DNA of 64,000 bases from Sphingomonadales bacterium (GCA_019750455.1 JAIEOM010000031.1:2810-66809); one strand, 5' to 3'; shown: positions 9,246-19,343, counted from the first letter of the stretch. Notes: generated from the letters alone by a model not told the origin. Translations and numbers: made by a program.

Positions 9246-10988
9246 GTGACCCCCTTTACCCCGCCGACCGCCGACCAGCTCCTCGCCATCCGCGTCAACG
9301 CCGGGATCGACGAACTCGCCGCCAGCGAACGCTTTGCCCATGCCGAGCCTGATCTGGTCGAGGCCATCGTCGCAGGCGTCGGCCAGTTCGCGGCGGGCGA
9401 GTTTGCACACCTGAACCGCAAGGGCGATCTCGAAGGCGCCAAGCTTGAAAACGGCGTGGTGCGCCTGCCCGAGGGGTTCGAGGCCGCCTATCACGCCTAT
9501 GTCGAGCAGGGCTGGAACGCGATTGCCTCCCCGCTGGCCCACGGCGGCCAGGGCCTGCCCTTCACGCTCGCCTGCAACGTGCTCGAAAACCTCGGCGCGG
9601 CGAACATGGCCTTCACCCTGCTCCCGATGCTGAGCGTCGGCGCGATCGAGGCGCTGGAGCATCACGGCTCGCCCGCCCAGCAGGCGATGTATCTGCCCAA
9701 GCTGGTGAGCGGCGAGTGGTCGGGGACGATGAACCTTACCGAACCCGCCGCCGGCAGCGATGTCGGCGCGCTGCGCAGCACCGCCGAACCCATCGAGAGC
9801 GGCGAGCACGCGGGCAAGTACAAGATCACCGGCCAGAAGATCTACATCACCTGGGGCGAGCATGATCTCGCAAAGAACATCATCCATCTGGTGCTGGCCC
9901 GCCTGCCGGGCGCTCCCGAAGGTTCGCGCGGGATCAGCCTGTTCGTGGTGCCCAAGTATCACGTGAACGCGGACGGCAGCCTCGGCCCGAAGAACGACCT
10001 CCGCTGCGTCTCCCTCGAACACAAGCTCGGAATCAACGCCTCACCGACCTGCGTGATGAGCTATGGCGACAACGGCGAATGCATCGGCGAGTTGGTCGGC
10101 CAGCCCAACAAGGGCCTCGCCGCGATGTTCACGATGATGAACAATGCGCGGATCAATGTCGGCAATCAGGGCGCACAGATTGCCGAGCGGGCAACCCAGC
10201 AAGCGCTCGCCTATGCGCGGGACCGCGTGCAGTCCGCCCGCGCGGGATCGCCCGACAAGACCCCGGTCGCGATCATCGAGCATCCCGACGTGCGCCGCAT
10301 GATCCTGCGCATGAAGGCGCTGACCGAAGGCGTGCGCGCGCTGCTCTACTACTGCGCGGGGCAGGTCGATCGCGGTAATCTGGGAGACGAGGCGGCAAAG
10401 ACCCGGGGCGAGATCATTGTCCCGCTGCTCAAGGCGTGGGGCACCGATGTCGGCGTCGAAGTTTCCGGCCTCGGCATCCAGATCCACGGCGGCATGGGCT
10501 TCGTCGAGGAAACAGGCGCCGCCCAGCACTGGCGGGATTCGCGCATTGCCCCGATCTATGAAGGCACCAACGGCATCCAGGCTGCCGACCTCGTCACCCG
10601 CAAGCTTGGGCTCGAAGGCGGAGCGGCGCTGGTCGCGCTGTTCGAAACCATCGCACGCGAGTCGGCGGAGGAATTCGCACTTTCGGCGCTGGCGCGGGAC
10701 TGCGCCAATGTCGCGCTGTGGATGCGTGACGATGCGAGCCTCGACGACCGGTTGGCCGGCAGCGTGCCGTTCTGCACGATGGCCGCGGTGTGCGTGGCCG
10801 GGTGGCAGCTGATGAAGCAGGCCGCCGCGGTCAAGGCCGGCGCGGCGCCGGAACTCGCCGCGACCAAGCCGGTGACGGTGCGCTTCTTCCTCGACCGGAT
10901 CGTGCCCGAAGCCGCCGGGCTGAAGGCGGGTGCGGTCGCGGGCGCGGACCTGCTCTACGCCCTGCCCGCCGAAGCACTGGTCGGCTGA
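9246..10988 (+). CDS. long acyl-CoA dehydrogenase with extra C-terminal domain
   Basis: ORF 9228(TTG)..10988; ACAD-type regions (MNLTEPAAGSD, GISLFVVPK, IHGGMGF, YEGTNGIQ); start probably GTG 9246 behind GAGGA. Confidence 0.85.
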   Translation: MTPFTPPTADQLLAIRVNAGIDELAASERFAHAEPDLVEAIVAGVGQFAAGEFAHLNRKGDLEGAKLENGVVRLPEGFEAAYHAYVEQGWNAIASPLAHGGQGLPFTLACNVLENLGAANMAFTLLPMLSVGAIEALEHHGSPAQQAMYLPKLVSGEWSGTMNLTEPAAGSDVGALRSTAEPIESGEHAGKYKITGQKIYITWGEHDLAKNIIHLVLARLPGAPEGSRGISLFVVPKYHVNADGSLGPKNDLRCVSLEHKLGINASPTCVMSYGDNGECIGELVGQPNKGLAAMFTMMNNARINVGNQGAQIAERATQQALAYARDRVQSARAGSPDKTPVAIIEHPDVRRMILRMKALTEGVRALLYYCAGQVDRGNLGDEAAKTRGEIIVPLLKAWGTDVGVEVSGLGIQIHGGMGFVEETGAAQHWRDSRIAPIYEGTNGIQAADLVTRKLGLEGGAALVALFETIARESAEEFALSALARDCANVALWMRDDASLDDRLAGSVPFCTMAAVCVAGWQLMKQAAAVKAGAAPELAATKPVTVRFFLDRIVPEAAGLKAGAVAGADLLYALPAEALVG

Positions 10989-10989
10989 C

Positions 10990-11814
10990 GTGAGCGACGG
11001 GGGCGAGGGAGCGGCGCTGGCACGGATCGCCGCCGCGCTGGAACGGATCGCGCCCCCGCCGACTCCGCAGACCGATTGGCGCGCCGCCCCTGCCTATCTG
11101 TGGGAGGGGGAGCAGGCGCGGCCCGTACCGGTGCTTGATGCCCTACCGCTGGATGCGCTCCAGGGGATCGAGGCGCAGAAAGTTAGCTTGCGCAACTTGT
11201 GCAGCCGTCTGGCCAGCGGCGCGGCGGCGCATGATGCGCTGCTGTGGGGCGCGCGGGGCATGGGCAAATCGGCGCTGGTGCGGGCCTGCGTGGCCGATGT
11301 GCAGCGGGAATCGGACCATCTGGCTCTGGTCCAGCTCGCGCCCGGAACGCTCCCCACCTTCCCGGCACTGATCGCTGAACTGGCCGGGCAGGACCGCGCC
11401 TTCCTGTTGTTCATCGACGACCTCGGCTTCGGCGGGGATGGCCGTGCGGAGATGCTGGCGCTGCGCAGCCTGCTCGACGGCGGCATCGCCCCGCGCCCGC
11501 CGCATATTCGCCTCGTCGTCACCGCAAACCGCCGCGGCATCATCGAGCGCGAGGATATCTCCGCCGCGATCCACGAGCGGGACGAGCGGGACGATGCGCT
11601 CGCGCTGGCCGATCGCTTCGGACTGACGCTGGGCTTCCATCCGGCGGACAAGGGCACCTACCTCGCGATCCTCGCCGGATATGTCGCGCCGCTCGGCCTC
11701 GACTTCGATCCCGAGGAGGCGATGGCCTTCGCCATCCAGCGAGGCAACCGGTCGGGCCGCACCGCGCTGCAATTCGCCACGGAACTTGCCGGGCGGGCGG
11801 GGAAATCGCTCTAG
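10990..11814 (+). CDS. DUF815-type AAA ATPase
   Basis: Walker A GARGMGKSALV, Walker B LLFIDDLGF; GTG 10990 immediately after the ACAD stop, in frame with ORF 10930..11814. Confidence 0.6.
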   Translation: MSDGGEGAALARIAAALERIAPPPTPQTDWRAAPAYLWEGEQARPVPVLDALPLDALQGIEAQKVSLRNLCSRLASGAAAHDALLWGARGMGKSALVRACVADVQRESDHLALVQLAPGTLPTFPALIAELAGQDRAFLLFIDDLGFGGDGRAEMLALRSLLDGGIAPRPPHIRLVVTANRRGIIEREDISAAIHERDERDDALALADRFGLTLGFHPADKGTYLAILAGYVAPLGLDFDPEEAMAFAIQRGNRSGRTALQFATELAGRAGKSL

Positions 11815-13286
11815 TTGACCTTCTGGCCCGCCTGCTGACGCAGGTAATCCGCCTCGAAATCGGCGCGCGGGTCGGTCAACCGGCGCGGGGGGAGCGATTT
11901 GGCGGTCAGGGGGGCGATCGCCTTGGCCGGTGCGGCGCTCGGAGAGACAACGCGCCAGATGATCCCGGCGGTATCGTCCGACACCAGCAGCGATCCGTCC
12001 GCCGCCCATTCCACCCAGGTCGGGCGGCCATGGGTCTTCCCGTCGGCGGTGAGGAAGCCGGTCAGCACCGGCTTGGGCTTGCCGACCGGATTGCCGAGAT
12101 CGTCGAAGTCCACGAACACCACGTCATAGCCTGAAGGCGGCTTGCGGTTCCACGAGCCGTGCCGCGCGATAAAGGCGCCGCCGGCAAAGCCCGGGCCCAT
12201 CCGCTCGCCCTCCTTGGAGAAGACCAGCCCCAGCGCCGCCACGTGCGGGCCGAGCGCGTATTCGGGCTTGCGCACATATTCCATCAGGAAGCGCGGCATC
12301 GGCGCGTCCACACGGCGGTCGCGGTTGGTGCGGTAATAGACCCACGGCCACCCATATTGGGCGCCGACCGGAACGTTGGTGAGATAATCGGGCACCAGAT
12401 CGCTGCCGAGCATATCGCGCTCGTTCACCGTGGTCCACAGCTCGCCCGTCCACGGGCTGAAATCGAGCCCGTTGGGATTGCGCAGCCCGGCGGCGAAGCG
12501 GCGCTGGCGCTTGGCGGCGAGATCATACTCCCAGATCATCGCGCGGCCTTCCTCAACCTTCATGCCGCTTTCGCCGATATTGCTGACCGATCCTACCGCG
12601 ACATACAGACGCTCGCCATCGGGCGAGAGTTCGAGGTTGCGCATCCAGTGTCCGCCGCCCGGCGCGAGGTCCATCAGCTTGGTGGGCTCGCCCGTCACCT
12701 TGTCCGCGCCCAGCGCATAGGGGAAGGCGAGCACGGCATTGTGATTGGCGACGAACAGCGTCCCATCCTTCCACGCCATGCCCGACGGCGAATCGAGCCC
12801 TTCGAGGATCACCTGCTTCGTCTCGGCAGTGCCATTGCCGTCCTTGTCGCGCAGCAGCACGATCTGGTTGGGGCTCTCGCCCGTCGCTCCGGCCTTGCTG
12901 AGCAGGATGCCGGCAATCCAGCCCTTGATCGAATCCATGATCCCGCCCCCGTCGTTCTCCATCTTGGGCGCGCGGGTCAGGGCGACAAGGATGTCCCCAT
13001 TGGGCAGGGCGAAGAGCGTGCGGGGATGCTCCAGCCCCTCGGCAAAGCGCCCGACTTCCAAGCCCTCGGCCGGGGTCGGTGCCTCGCCCGCCGCCCAGCC
13101 CACCGGCTCGGCAATCTGGACGGTGGGCACGGTCTGCGCCTCACCCTCTTTCAGCACGGGATCGGTGCCCGTCACTTCTTCCACCGACAGAGCGGCCGTA
13201 TCGCCCCGGCTCAGGTACCACAGGGCACCGCCGGCGATCACGATAAGGACAAGGAGAGCGATTGCGATTTTGCGGGGAATGGCCAT
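11811..13286 (-). CDS. PQQ-dependent sugar (sorbosone-type) dehydrogenase family protein, N-terminal membrane anchor
   Basis: ORF 11811..13364(-), start at ATG 13286 (MAIPRKIAIALLVLIVIAGG); beta-propeller-like repeats; family call from recollection of homologues. Confidence 0.6.
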   Translation of the reverse strand: MAIPRKIAIALLVLIVIAGGALWYLSRGDTAALSVEEVTGTDPVLKEGEAQTVPTVQIAEPVGWAAGEAPTPAEGLEVGRFAEGLEHPRTLFALPNGDILVALTRAPKMENDGGGIMDSIKGWIAGILLSKAGATGESPNQIVLLRDKDGNGTAETKQVILEGLDSPSGMAWKDGTLFVANHNAVLAFPYALGADKVTGEPTKLMDLAPGGGHWMRNLELSPDGERLYVAVGSVSNIGESGMKVEEGRAMIWEYDLAAKRQRRFAAGLRNPNGLDFSPWTGELWTTVNERDMLGSDLVPDYLTNVPVGAQYGWPWVYYRTNRDRRVDAPMPRFLMEYVRKPEYALGPHVAALGLVFSKEGERMGPGFAGGAFIARHGSWNRKPPSGYDVVFVDFDDLGNPVGKPKPVLTGFLTADGKTHGRPTWVEWAADGSLLVSDDTAGIIWRVVSPSAAPAKAIAPLTAKSLPPRRLTDPRADFEADYLRQQAGQKVN

Positions 13287-13350
13287 GTGGGGGAGATAAG
13301 GCGACGCCGCGCTGGCGGCAACCTGCAAGCGACGAAAGACCATATCCCCC

Positions 13351-13851
13351 ATGTTCGACTTCAAGCCCGATGCCCCCCTCGCCCCGCAGGAGCTCTACCG
13401 CGAACTGCTCGCCGCTGCCGAGGCGCTGACCGCGGGTGAGCCCGATGCCGTCGCCAACATGGCCAATGTCGCGGCGCTGCTGTGGGAGTTCCTGCCCGAT
13501 CTCAACTGGGCGGGCTTCTACCGCGTCGGCCCGGACAAGACCGGCGGTGCGGACGAACTGGTGCTGGGGCCGTTCGTGGGTCGCCCGGCCTGCATCCGCA
13601 TTCCCTTCGGCAAGGGCGTGTGCGGCGCAGCGGCTGAAAGTCGCGCTACGCAACTTGTGGCGGACGTCCACGCCTTCCCCGGCCATATCGCCTGCGACGC
13701 TGCCAGCGCCAGCGAGCTGGTGGTACCGGTGCTTCGCGATGGCGCGGTGATTGCCGTGATCGATCTCGACAGCCCCTCCCCCGCCCGCTTTACCGCCGAT
13801 GATGCGGCGGGGGTGGAGGCGCTCGCGGCGATGCTGGCAGACCGCATCTGA
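13351..13851 (+). CDS. GAF domain protein (free methionine-R-sulfoxide reductase-like)
   Basis: NWAGFYRV...GPFVGRPACIRIPFGKGVCGAAA...GHIACDAASASELVVP typical of the YebR/MsrC GAF family. Confidence 0.75.
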   Translation: MFDFKPDAPLAPQELYRELLAAAEALTAGEPDAVANMANVAALLWEFLPDLNWAGFYRVGPDKTGGADELVLGPFVGRPACIRIPFGKGVCGAAAESRATQLVADVHAFPGHIACDAASASELVVPVLRDGAVIAVIDLDSPSPARFTADDAAGVEALAAMLADRI

Positions 13852-13961
13852 TTCATCCCGAAACGGGACAGGGACAACACCCCCCTTGGGCGCGATGCCA
13901 TTGCGATGGTAAGCTTTTGCTAACCATCAGCTGACCTGGCTGATTCAGGGGGAATTTGCCC

Positions 13962-14846
13962 ATGCCCAAGCCGTTTTCGACCCTTCCGCTCGCCGCGCTC
14001 GCGCTGGCCAGCGTGTCCGCCGCCGCACAGGCGCAGAACTACAGCGATCTGCCGCCGCTCGCGCCCATGGCGCAGAACCAGCTGCGCGATCTGCCCGCCG
14101 ACATGCGCAGCGCGCCTGTGCCGGTCAGCGCGCCGATGCAGATGGACGAGACGGTGACGACGGTGAACGGGGTGGAAACGATCACCCGCACCCGCCGGAT
14201 CGAAGGCCCACGCCCCGCTCCGGCATCAGCCGATGGCTACAGCCGCCCGGTGGGTCTGCCCAATCCGGCCTATACGCAGGGCTACGTGCCCGCCTACGCC
14301 CCAGCGGTGTTCGAACGCGACCAATGGATCGAAGAGTGCCGCCGCCGCACCCGCGGGCAGGACCGCGACCGGACCGGTTTGATCATCGGCGGCCTGCTCG
14401 GCGCGATTGCCGGCGGCGTGGCCGGTTACGAGATCGCCGGCGTGGGTGACCGCGTGCTCGGCTCGGTGCTCGGCGTCGGCGGTGGTGGCCTGCTCGGCGG
14501 GTTGCTCGGCAGCCTGTTTGACGGCGACAAGAAGAAGAACCTCTATGATTGCGAGGCCGCGCTCGATAGCTACCTGTCGGCCTATGGTGCTCCGGGCGGA
14601 CGCATCGCGAGCCGGACGATTGCCTATCCGGCCTATGATTATGGCTATGGCTATCCGCAGGCCTATTCCTACGGCTACAGCTATGCCCCGCCGCCGCAGA
14701 TGGTGATGGTGCCGGTGCGCACCGAAGTGCAGCAGCAGGTCGTGGTGCGCGAGACCGTGCGTGAGGAGACCTACACGGTCCCCGGGAAGGCGCGGATCAT
14801 CGAACCGGCCCCGCGCCCTTCGGCAAAGATGATCCGCCAGCCCTGA
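13962..14846 (+). CDS. secreted protein with glycine-zipper segment and Tyr/Gly-rich low-complexity region
   Basis: Signal peptide MPKPFSTLPLAALALASVSAAAQA; GLIIGGLLGAIAGGVAGYEIAG...GGGGLLGGLLGSLF; YDYGYGYPQAYSYGYSYAPPP. Confidence 0.6.
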   Translation: MPKPFSTLPLAALALASVSAAAQAQNYSDLPPLAPMAQNQLRDLPADMRSAPVPVSAPMQMDETVTTVNGVETITRTRRIEGPRPAPASADGYSRPVGLPNPAYTQGYVPAYAPAVFERDQWIEECRRRTRGQDRDRTGLIIGGLLGAIAGGVAGYEIAGVGDRVLGSVLGVGGGGLLGGLLGSLFDGDKKKNLYDCEAALDSYLSAYGAPGGRIASRTIAYPAYDYGYGYPQAYSYGYSYAPPPQMVMVPVRTEVQQQVVVRETVREETYTVPGKARIIEPAPRPSAKMIRQP

Positions 14847-14871
14847 GTTTTCGTCCCTCAAGGGACAAAGG

Positions 14872-14910
14872 AAAAGCCCCGCAAGTTCAGGCGAGCTTGC
14901 GGGGCTTTTT
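14872..14910. terminator. bidirectional intrinsic terminator between convergent genes
   Basis: aaaagccccgcaag-N10-cttgcggggctttt; A-run upstream and T-run downstream. Confidence 0.8.
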
Positions 14911-14936
14911 CGTGGCTTGCTGCAACGTGCCGCGTA

Positions 14937-15899
14937 TCAGAACTCGCCGCCAGTAAGCCGTTGGCAGACCAGATCGAGCTGGTCGAGCGTGGTATAACGG
15001 ATCGTGATCACGCCCTTGCGCGGATCGCTTTCAGGCTTGATCCGCACGTTCAGCCCGAGGAACTCCTCGAGATGTTGCTGTACGGCAAGAATATCCGCAT
15101 TTTCAGCCGTTTGATAAGCTGGCTGCGCAGGCTCGGGCCGCGGGCGAGGCTTCTTGGTAAGCGTCTCGATATCGCGAACCGAAAGCCCCTCGGCGACGGC
15201 GATTTCCGCCAGCTCGCGCGCATCGTCCCGCCCGATCAGCGCACGGGCATGACCGATCGACAGCTTGCCCTGATCGATCAGGTCGAGCACCGGATCAGGC
15301 AACGTCACCAGCCGCATCATGTTCGCGACATGGCTGCGCGACTTTTCGACCATCTTGGCGATGTCGACCTGGATCATCCCCTCGTCTTCCGAGAGGCGGT
15401 GATAGGCGCGAGCCTCCTCGACCGGGCTCAGATCTTCGCGCTGGAGGTTCTCGATCAGCGCAAGCGCCATCACCTCGCGATCGGAAAGGTTGCGCACCAG
15501 CGCTGGGATTTCATGCAGACGCGCCTTCTGCGCCGCGCGCCAGCGGCGCTCACCCGCGACCAGCTGGTAGCCGTCGCCATTGGGATGCGGACGGACGATG
15601 ATGGGCTGGATTACCCCACGACTCGCGATCGAAGCGGCGAGTTCGTCCAGTGCCGCCTCATCGAAATACTTGCGCGGGTTGCCGGGCAGCGGCTTGATAC
15701 TCGCGATCGCCACCATCCTCAGCGGCGAGCCGCCACCGGTTGGAGCCTCGGCGCTGGCGATCTCCTCGCGACGCACCAGCGGCTCCTCGCGGCGGGTCTC
15801 GCCCAGCAAGGCACCAAGCCCGCGCCCAAGCCGCCGCGGCTTATCGTCAGCGCGTGAATTATTATTCAATTCAGCGGGTTGTGCGGCGTTATCACTCAT
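14937..15899 (-). CDS. parB: chromosome partitioning protein ParB (CTP-dependent parS-binding clamp)
   Basis: RLGRGLGALL, GERRWRAA arginine patch, LIENLQREDLSPVEEA, HTH region; overlaps parA by 4 nt. Confidence 0.95.
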   Translation of the reverse strand: MSDNAAQPAELNNNSRADDKPRRLGRGLGALLGETRREEPLVRREEIASAEAPTGGGSPLRMVAIASIKPLPGNPRKYFDEAALDELAASIASRGVIQPIIVRPHPNGDGYQLVAGERRWRAAQKARLHEIPALVRNLSDREVMALALIENLQREDLSPVEEARAYHRLSEDEGMIQVDIAKMVEKSRSHVANMMRLVTLPDPVLDLIDQGKLSIGHARALIGRDDARELAEIAVAEGLSVRDIETLTKKPRPRPEPAQPAYQTAENADILAVQQHLEEFLGLNVRIKPESDPRKGVITIRYTTLDQLDLVCQRLTGGEF

Positions 15900-16672
15900 G
15901 CGGCCTGTCTCTCTGCGGGAAATCGTCCAATCAGCTCGCGCGCCAGCGACATGTAGGCGCGGCTGCCGGTGCAGTGCTGGTCATAGATCAGCGCGGGAAG
16001 CCCGTGGCTCGGCGCTTCGGAAAGACGCACGTTGCGCGGGATCACCGTTTCAAACACCAGCTTGCCAAGGCAATCGCGCACATCGTCCGAAACCTGGTCT
16101 GTCAGCCGATTGCGCCGGTCATACATGGTCAGCGCAACGCCGATGATCCCGAGTTCGGGATTGAACCGCTGTTGCACCTGGTCGACCGTCTGAAGCAACT
16201 GGCTGAGCCCCTCCAGCGCGAAGAACTCGCATTGCAGCGGCACCAGCAGCGTATCGGCTGCGCACAGTGCATTCAGCGTCAGCAGGCCGAGCGAGGGTGG
16301 GCAATCGATGAAGCAGATGTCGTGGCCGATATGCCCCGCCAGCGCCTTGTCGAGCCGGTGCGTGCGGCCTTCGACCGCCACCAGCTCCACCTCCGCACCC
16401 GACAGATCGACCGTCGCCGGGATCAGATCGAGCTTCGGAATGGTCGAGCGCACAATCGCGGATTCGAGCGGAACCTCGTCCACCAGCAGATCATAGCTCG
16501 ACACCTCCCGCGCCGAGGCATGCACACCGAGGCCGGTCGAGGCATTGCCCTGGGGATCGAGGTCGATGAGCAGCGTGCGCCAGCCGGTTGCAGCCATCGC
16601 CGTGGCGATGTTGATCGCGGTGGTGGTCTTCCCCACTCCGCCCTTCTGGTTGGCAATCGCGATGGTCAGCAT
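15896..16672 (-). CDS. parA: chromosome partitioning ATPase ParA
   Basis: MLTIAIANQKGGVGKTTTAINIA deviant Walker A; LLIDLDPQGNAS. Confidence 0.95.
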   Translation of the reverse strand: MLTIAIANQKGGVGKTTTAINIATAMAATGWRTLLIDLDPQGNASTGLGVHASAREVSSYDLLVDEVPLESAIVRSTIPKLDLIPATVDLSGAEVELVAVEGRTHRLDKALAGHIGHDICFIDCPPSLGLLTLNALCAADTLLVPLQCEFFALEGLSQLLQTVDQVQQRFNPELGIIGVALTMYDRRNRLTDQVSDDVRDCLGKLVFETVIPRNVRLSEAPSHGLPALIYDQHCTGSRAYMSLARELIGRFPAERQAA

Positions 16673-16729
16673 GGCGTTGTTTCCGTCCTTCCCGGGCGCG
16701 GATTTTCATAAATCTGCGCCGCTCGCGTG

Positions 16730-17356
16730 TCAGGCCTTCACGATGATCCCCGCCTCGGGATCGGTCAAGGAATGTTTCACGTGAAACATTGCCCGAATCG
16801 AAGGCTTCAAGCTCTCCAACTCCTGCGCCGCAGAGCGCCCCTTGGGCAACACATAGGCGGTGCGCCTTGTGGAGAAGGGTGCGGATAGTTCGAGAAGTTT
16901 GGAGAGAGGCGCGAATGCACGTGCCGAAATGGCGCGTGCTTCGAAGGGTGCGACCCGCTCCAACCGCTGCCCTTCGACCCGGCATTTTTTCAAATCAAGC
17001 GCGGCGATGGCGCGATTCAGAAACTCCACCCGCCGCGCACGGGATTCGACCAGCACCACCGGCATATTCGGGCAAAGCGCGGCGATCACCAGCCCGGGGA
17101 ACCCGGGGCCACTGCCAAGGTCAAGCCATGGCCCATGCGCATTCGGCCCCAATGTTTCACGTGAAACATTTTCGAGCAGCTGCGCAGAGTCGGCAATATG
17201 CCGCTGCCAGAGATACGGCTCGGTCGCCTTGGCGATCAGGTTCTGCTGCTGGTTCTCCTCCAGCACCAGCGCGGCAAACTGCTTAAGCCGCGCCATCCCA
17301 GCATCGTCGGTCAACCCGGCGACATAGGCACGGGCTTCGTCTTCGGTGGCGATCAT
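16730..17356 (-). CDS. rsmG: 16S rRNA (guanine527-N7)-methyltransferase
   Basis: Internal ATG 17356 ([11 protein letters not shown]) of ORF 16730..17695; [16 protein letters not shown] motif; ATGA overlap with mnmG stop; contains two parS sites. Confidence 0.9.
   Translation of the reverse strand: MIATEDEARAYVAGLTDDAGMARLKQFAALVLEENQQQNLIAKATEPYLWQRHIADSAQLLENVSRETLGPNAHGPWLDLGSGPGFPGLVIAALCPNMPVVLVESRARRVEFLNRAIAALDLKKCRVEGQRLERVAPFEARAISARAFAPLSKLLELSAPFSTRRTAYVLPKGRSAAQELESLKPSIRAMFHVKHSLTDPEAGIIVKA
16773..16788. promoter_or_regulatory. parS site 1, perfect TGTTTCACGTGAAACA (20-bp AATGTTTCACGTGAAACATT)
   Basis: Exact palindrome, inside rsmG 3' end (read as MFHVKH). Confidence 0.9.
17153..17168. 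promoter_or_regulatory. parS site 2, perfect (20-bp form)
   Basis: Exact palindrome, inside rsmG (read as NVSRETL). Confidence 0.9.
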
Positions 17357-19203
17357 GCCGCGACCCTGCGCCTTGCATGAACCAGCAAAGCAGAAAGCGC
17401 CGCCGGCGTGACTCCGGGGACCCGCCCCGCGGCCGCCAACGTGCCGGGCGCAGCCTTGGTCAGCCGCTCGACCATCTCGCTCGAGAGCCCCGGAACCTCG
17501 CCATAAGGGAAGTCCGCTGCCAAAGGTAGCGCCTCGCTCGCGCGGAGATCGCGCAGCTCGGCGTCCTGCCGCGCCAGATAGGGCGCATAGGCTGCATCCT
17601 CCGCCATCTCCTCGGCAAGCACCGGATCCAGCTCGGTAAGATCGCCCAGCCACGGCGCGAGCGCCGCGGGCGTGACACGGTCGTAGCGCAGCCATTCGGC
17701 AAGCGACTTCTCGCCATGGTCCCGGCGAACCGGCAAGCCGCGATCGGCCAACTCGCGCGCGTGGACCTTCTCCGAATGTTTCACGTGAAACATTGTTCGC
17801 ACATCCTCACGCCGCTCCCACCACGCACGGCGCGCCGCCCCGATGCACCCCGCCTCGATGCCGAGACCCGTCAGCCGCGTCGCCGCATTGTTGGCACGCA
17901 GGCGCAGGCGGTACTCGGCGCGCGCGGTGAGCATACGATAGGGCTCGGAAACACCCTGCAAGGTCAGATCATCGACCATCACGGCAATGTAGCTGTTCGC
18001 ACGATCCAGCCGGGGTGCCTGCCTGCCGAGCGCCGCCGCGGCCGCCTCAAGCCCGGCAACCAGACCCTGCGCCGCCGCCTCTTCGTAACCGGTCGTTCCG
18101 TTGATCTGCCCGGCACAGTAGAGCCCGGGGATGGCCCGAACCTGCAAGTCGGGCGTCAATGCGCGGGGATCAATATGGTCGTACTCCACCGCATAGCCCG
18201 GCTGCACGATCACCGTACGCCCGCAGCCCGGCATGGTCCGCACCACTTCTTCCTGCACATCGACCGGCAGCGAGGTGCTGATACCGTTGGGGTAGACGAG
18301 ATGCGTATCCAACCCCTCGGGCTCGAGGAACACCTGATGCCCCTCGCGATCACCGAAACGATGGATCTTGTCTTCGATCGACGGGCAGTAGCGCGGCCCT
18401 GCAGCGGCAATCGCGCCCGAGAACAGCGGAGAGCGATGAAGGTTCGCGCGGATCGCATCGTGGCCCGCCTGCATCGTACGGGTGATGCCGCAGAACACCT
18501 GCGGATTGATGCGGCGCTCGGTAAGCGGCGACATGGTCCAGGCCTCGCCATCGGAAGGCTGCTCTTCGAGCACCGCCCAGTCGATGGTGCGCCCGTCTAG
18601 GCGTGGCGGGGTGCCAGTCTTGAGGCGCGCCATTGGCAAGTCCGCCCCGCGCAGCTGCTGGGCCAAGCGGTGCGCGGCGTTCTCGCCGATGCGTCCGCCT
18701 TCGAAGCGCTCCTCCCCGCGATACAGAATCCCGCCGAGGAACGTGCCGGTGCACAGGACCACGCGAAGCGCCTCGAAGATTGTGCCGTCTGCGAGTTGCA
18801 GACCGGCGACCGCCCCGCCCCTCAGCACCAGCGCCGCCGCCTCGCCTTGCACCAGCGTGAGGCCTTTCTGCATGCGCACAGCCTGCTGCACCGCTGCCTT
18901 GAACCGAACCCGGTCAGCCTGCACCCGCGGGCCCCACACGGCGCTTCCCTTGGAGCGGTTGAGCATCCGGTAATGGATTGCCCCGGCGTCCGCCGCGCGT
19001 CCGAGCACACCATCGAGCGCGTCAACCTCGCGCACCAGATGACCTTTGCCCAGACCACCGATTGCCGGGTTGCAGCTCATTGCGCCGATAGCATTGAGGT
19101 CAAAGCTCACCAGCGCCGTGCGCGCACCCATGCGCGCCGCCGCGCAGGCAGCCTCCACCCCGGCGTGACCGCCGCCGATGACAAGAACGTCGAAGGAATG
19201 CAT
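17353..19203 (-). CDS. mnmG: tRNA uridine-5-carboxymethylaminomethyl modification enzyme MnmG (GidA)
   Basis: [22 protein letters not shown] motif at internal ATG 19203 of ORF 17353..19269; contains one parS. Confidence 0.95.
   Translation of the reverse strand: MHSFDVLVIGGGHAGVEAACAAARMGARTALVSFDLNAIGAMSCNPAIGGLGKGHLVREVDALDGVLGRAADAGAIHYRMLNRSKGSAVWGPRVQADRVRFKAAVQQAVRMQKGLTLVQGEAAALVLRGGAVAGLQLADGTIFEALRVVLCTGTFLGGILYRGEERFEGGRIGENAAHRLAQQLRGADLPMARLKTGTPPRLDGRTIDWAVLEEQPSDGEAWTMSPLTERRINPQVFCGITRTMQAGHDAIRANLHRSPLFSGAIAAAGPRYCPSIEDKIHRFGDREGHQVFLEPEGLDTHLVYPNGISTSLPVDVQEEVVRTMPGCGRTVIVQPGYAVEYDHIDPRALTPDLQVRAIPGLYCAGQINGTTGYEEAAAQGLVAGLEAAAAALGRQAPRLDRANSYIAVMVDDLTLQGVSEPYRMLTARAEYRLRLRANNAATRLTGLGIEAGCIGAARRAWWERREDVRTMFHVKHSEKVHARELADRGLPVRRDHGEKSLAEWLRYDRVTPAALAPWLGDLTELDPVLAEEMAEDAAYAPYLARQDAELRDLRASEALPLAADFPYGEVPGLSSEMVERLTKAAPGTLAAAGRVPGVTPAALSALLVHARRRVAA
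17777..17792. promoter_or_regulatory. parS site 3, perfect (20-bp form)
   Basis: Exact palindrome, inside mnmG 3' part (read as MFHVKH). Confidence 0.9.
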
Positions 19204-19271
19204 CGCGCGCAGATAGGGCGCGGGGCGCGAATCGTCAAAGACGATTCGTCGGCTAACCGCATCGACCAAAA

Positions 19272-19287
19272 TGTTTCACGTGAAACA
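19272..19287. promoter_or_regulatory. parS site 4, perfect (20-bp form)
   Basis: Exact palindrome, mnmG-mnmE intergenic spacer. Confidence 0.9.
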
Positions 19288-19309
19288 TTGAGAGCGGAAT
19301 GGCCGCGAA

Positions 19310-19325
19310 TGTTTCACGTGAAACA
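19310..19325. promoter_or_regulatory. parS site 5, perfect (20-bp form)
   Basis: Exact palindrome, 38 bp from site 4, intergenic. Confidence 0.9.
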
Positions 19326-19343
19326 TTGGTGTGCAGTGGGGAG

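Noticed and set aside
9958-9968. ATCACGTGAAC, a partial parS-like core inside the acyl-CoA dehydrogenase gene
   Set aside because: It shares only the CACGTGAA centre. The outer TGTT/AACA arms are absent, so this is a chance E-box-like palindrome.
16730-19269. N-terminal extensions of rsmG (to 17695) and mnmG (to 19269) given by the ORF track
   Set aside because: The extensions are Arg/Gly/Ala-rich, overlap the upstream gene or the parS spacer, and precede canonical N-termini (MIATEDE...; [12 protein letters not shown]). Internal ATGs giving ATGA coupling are preferred.
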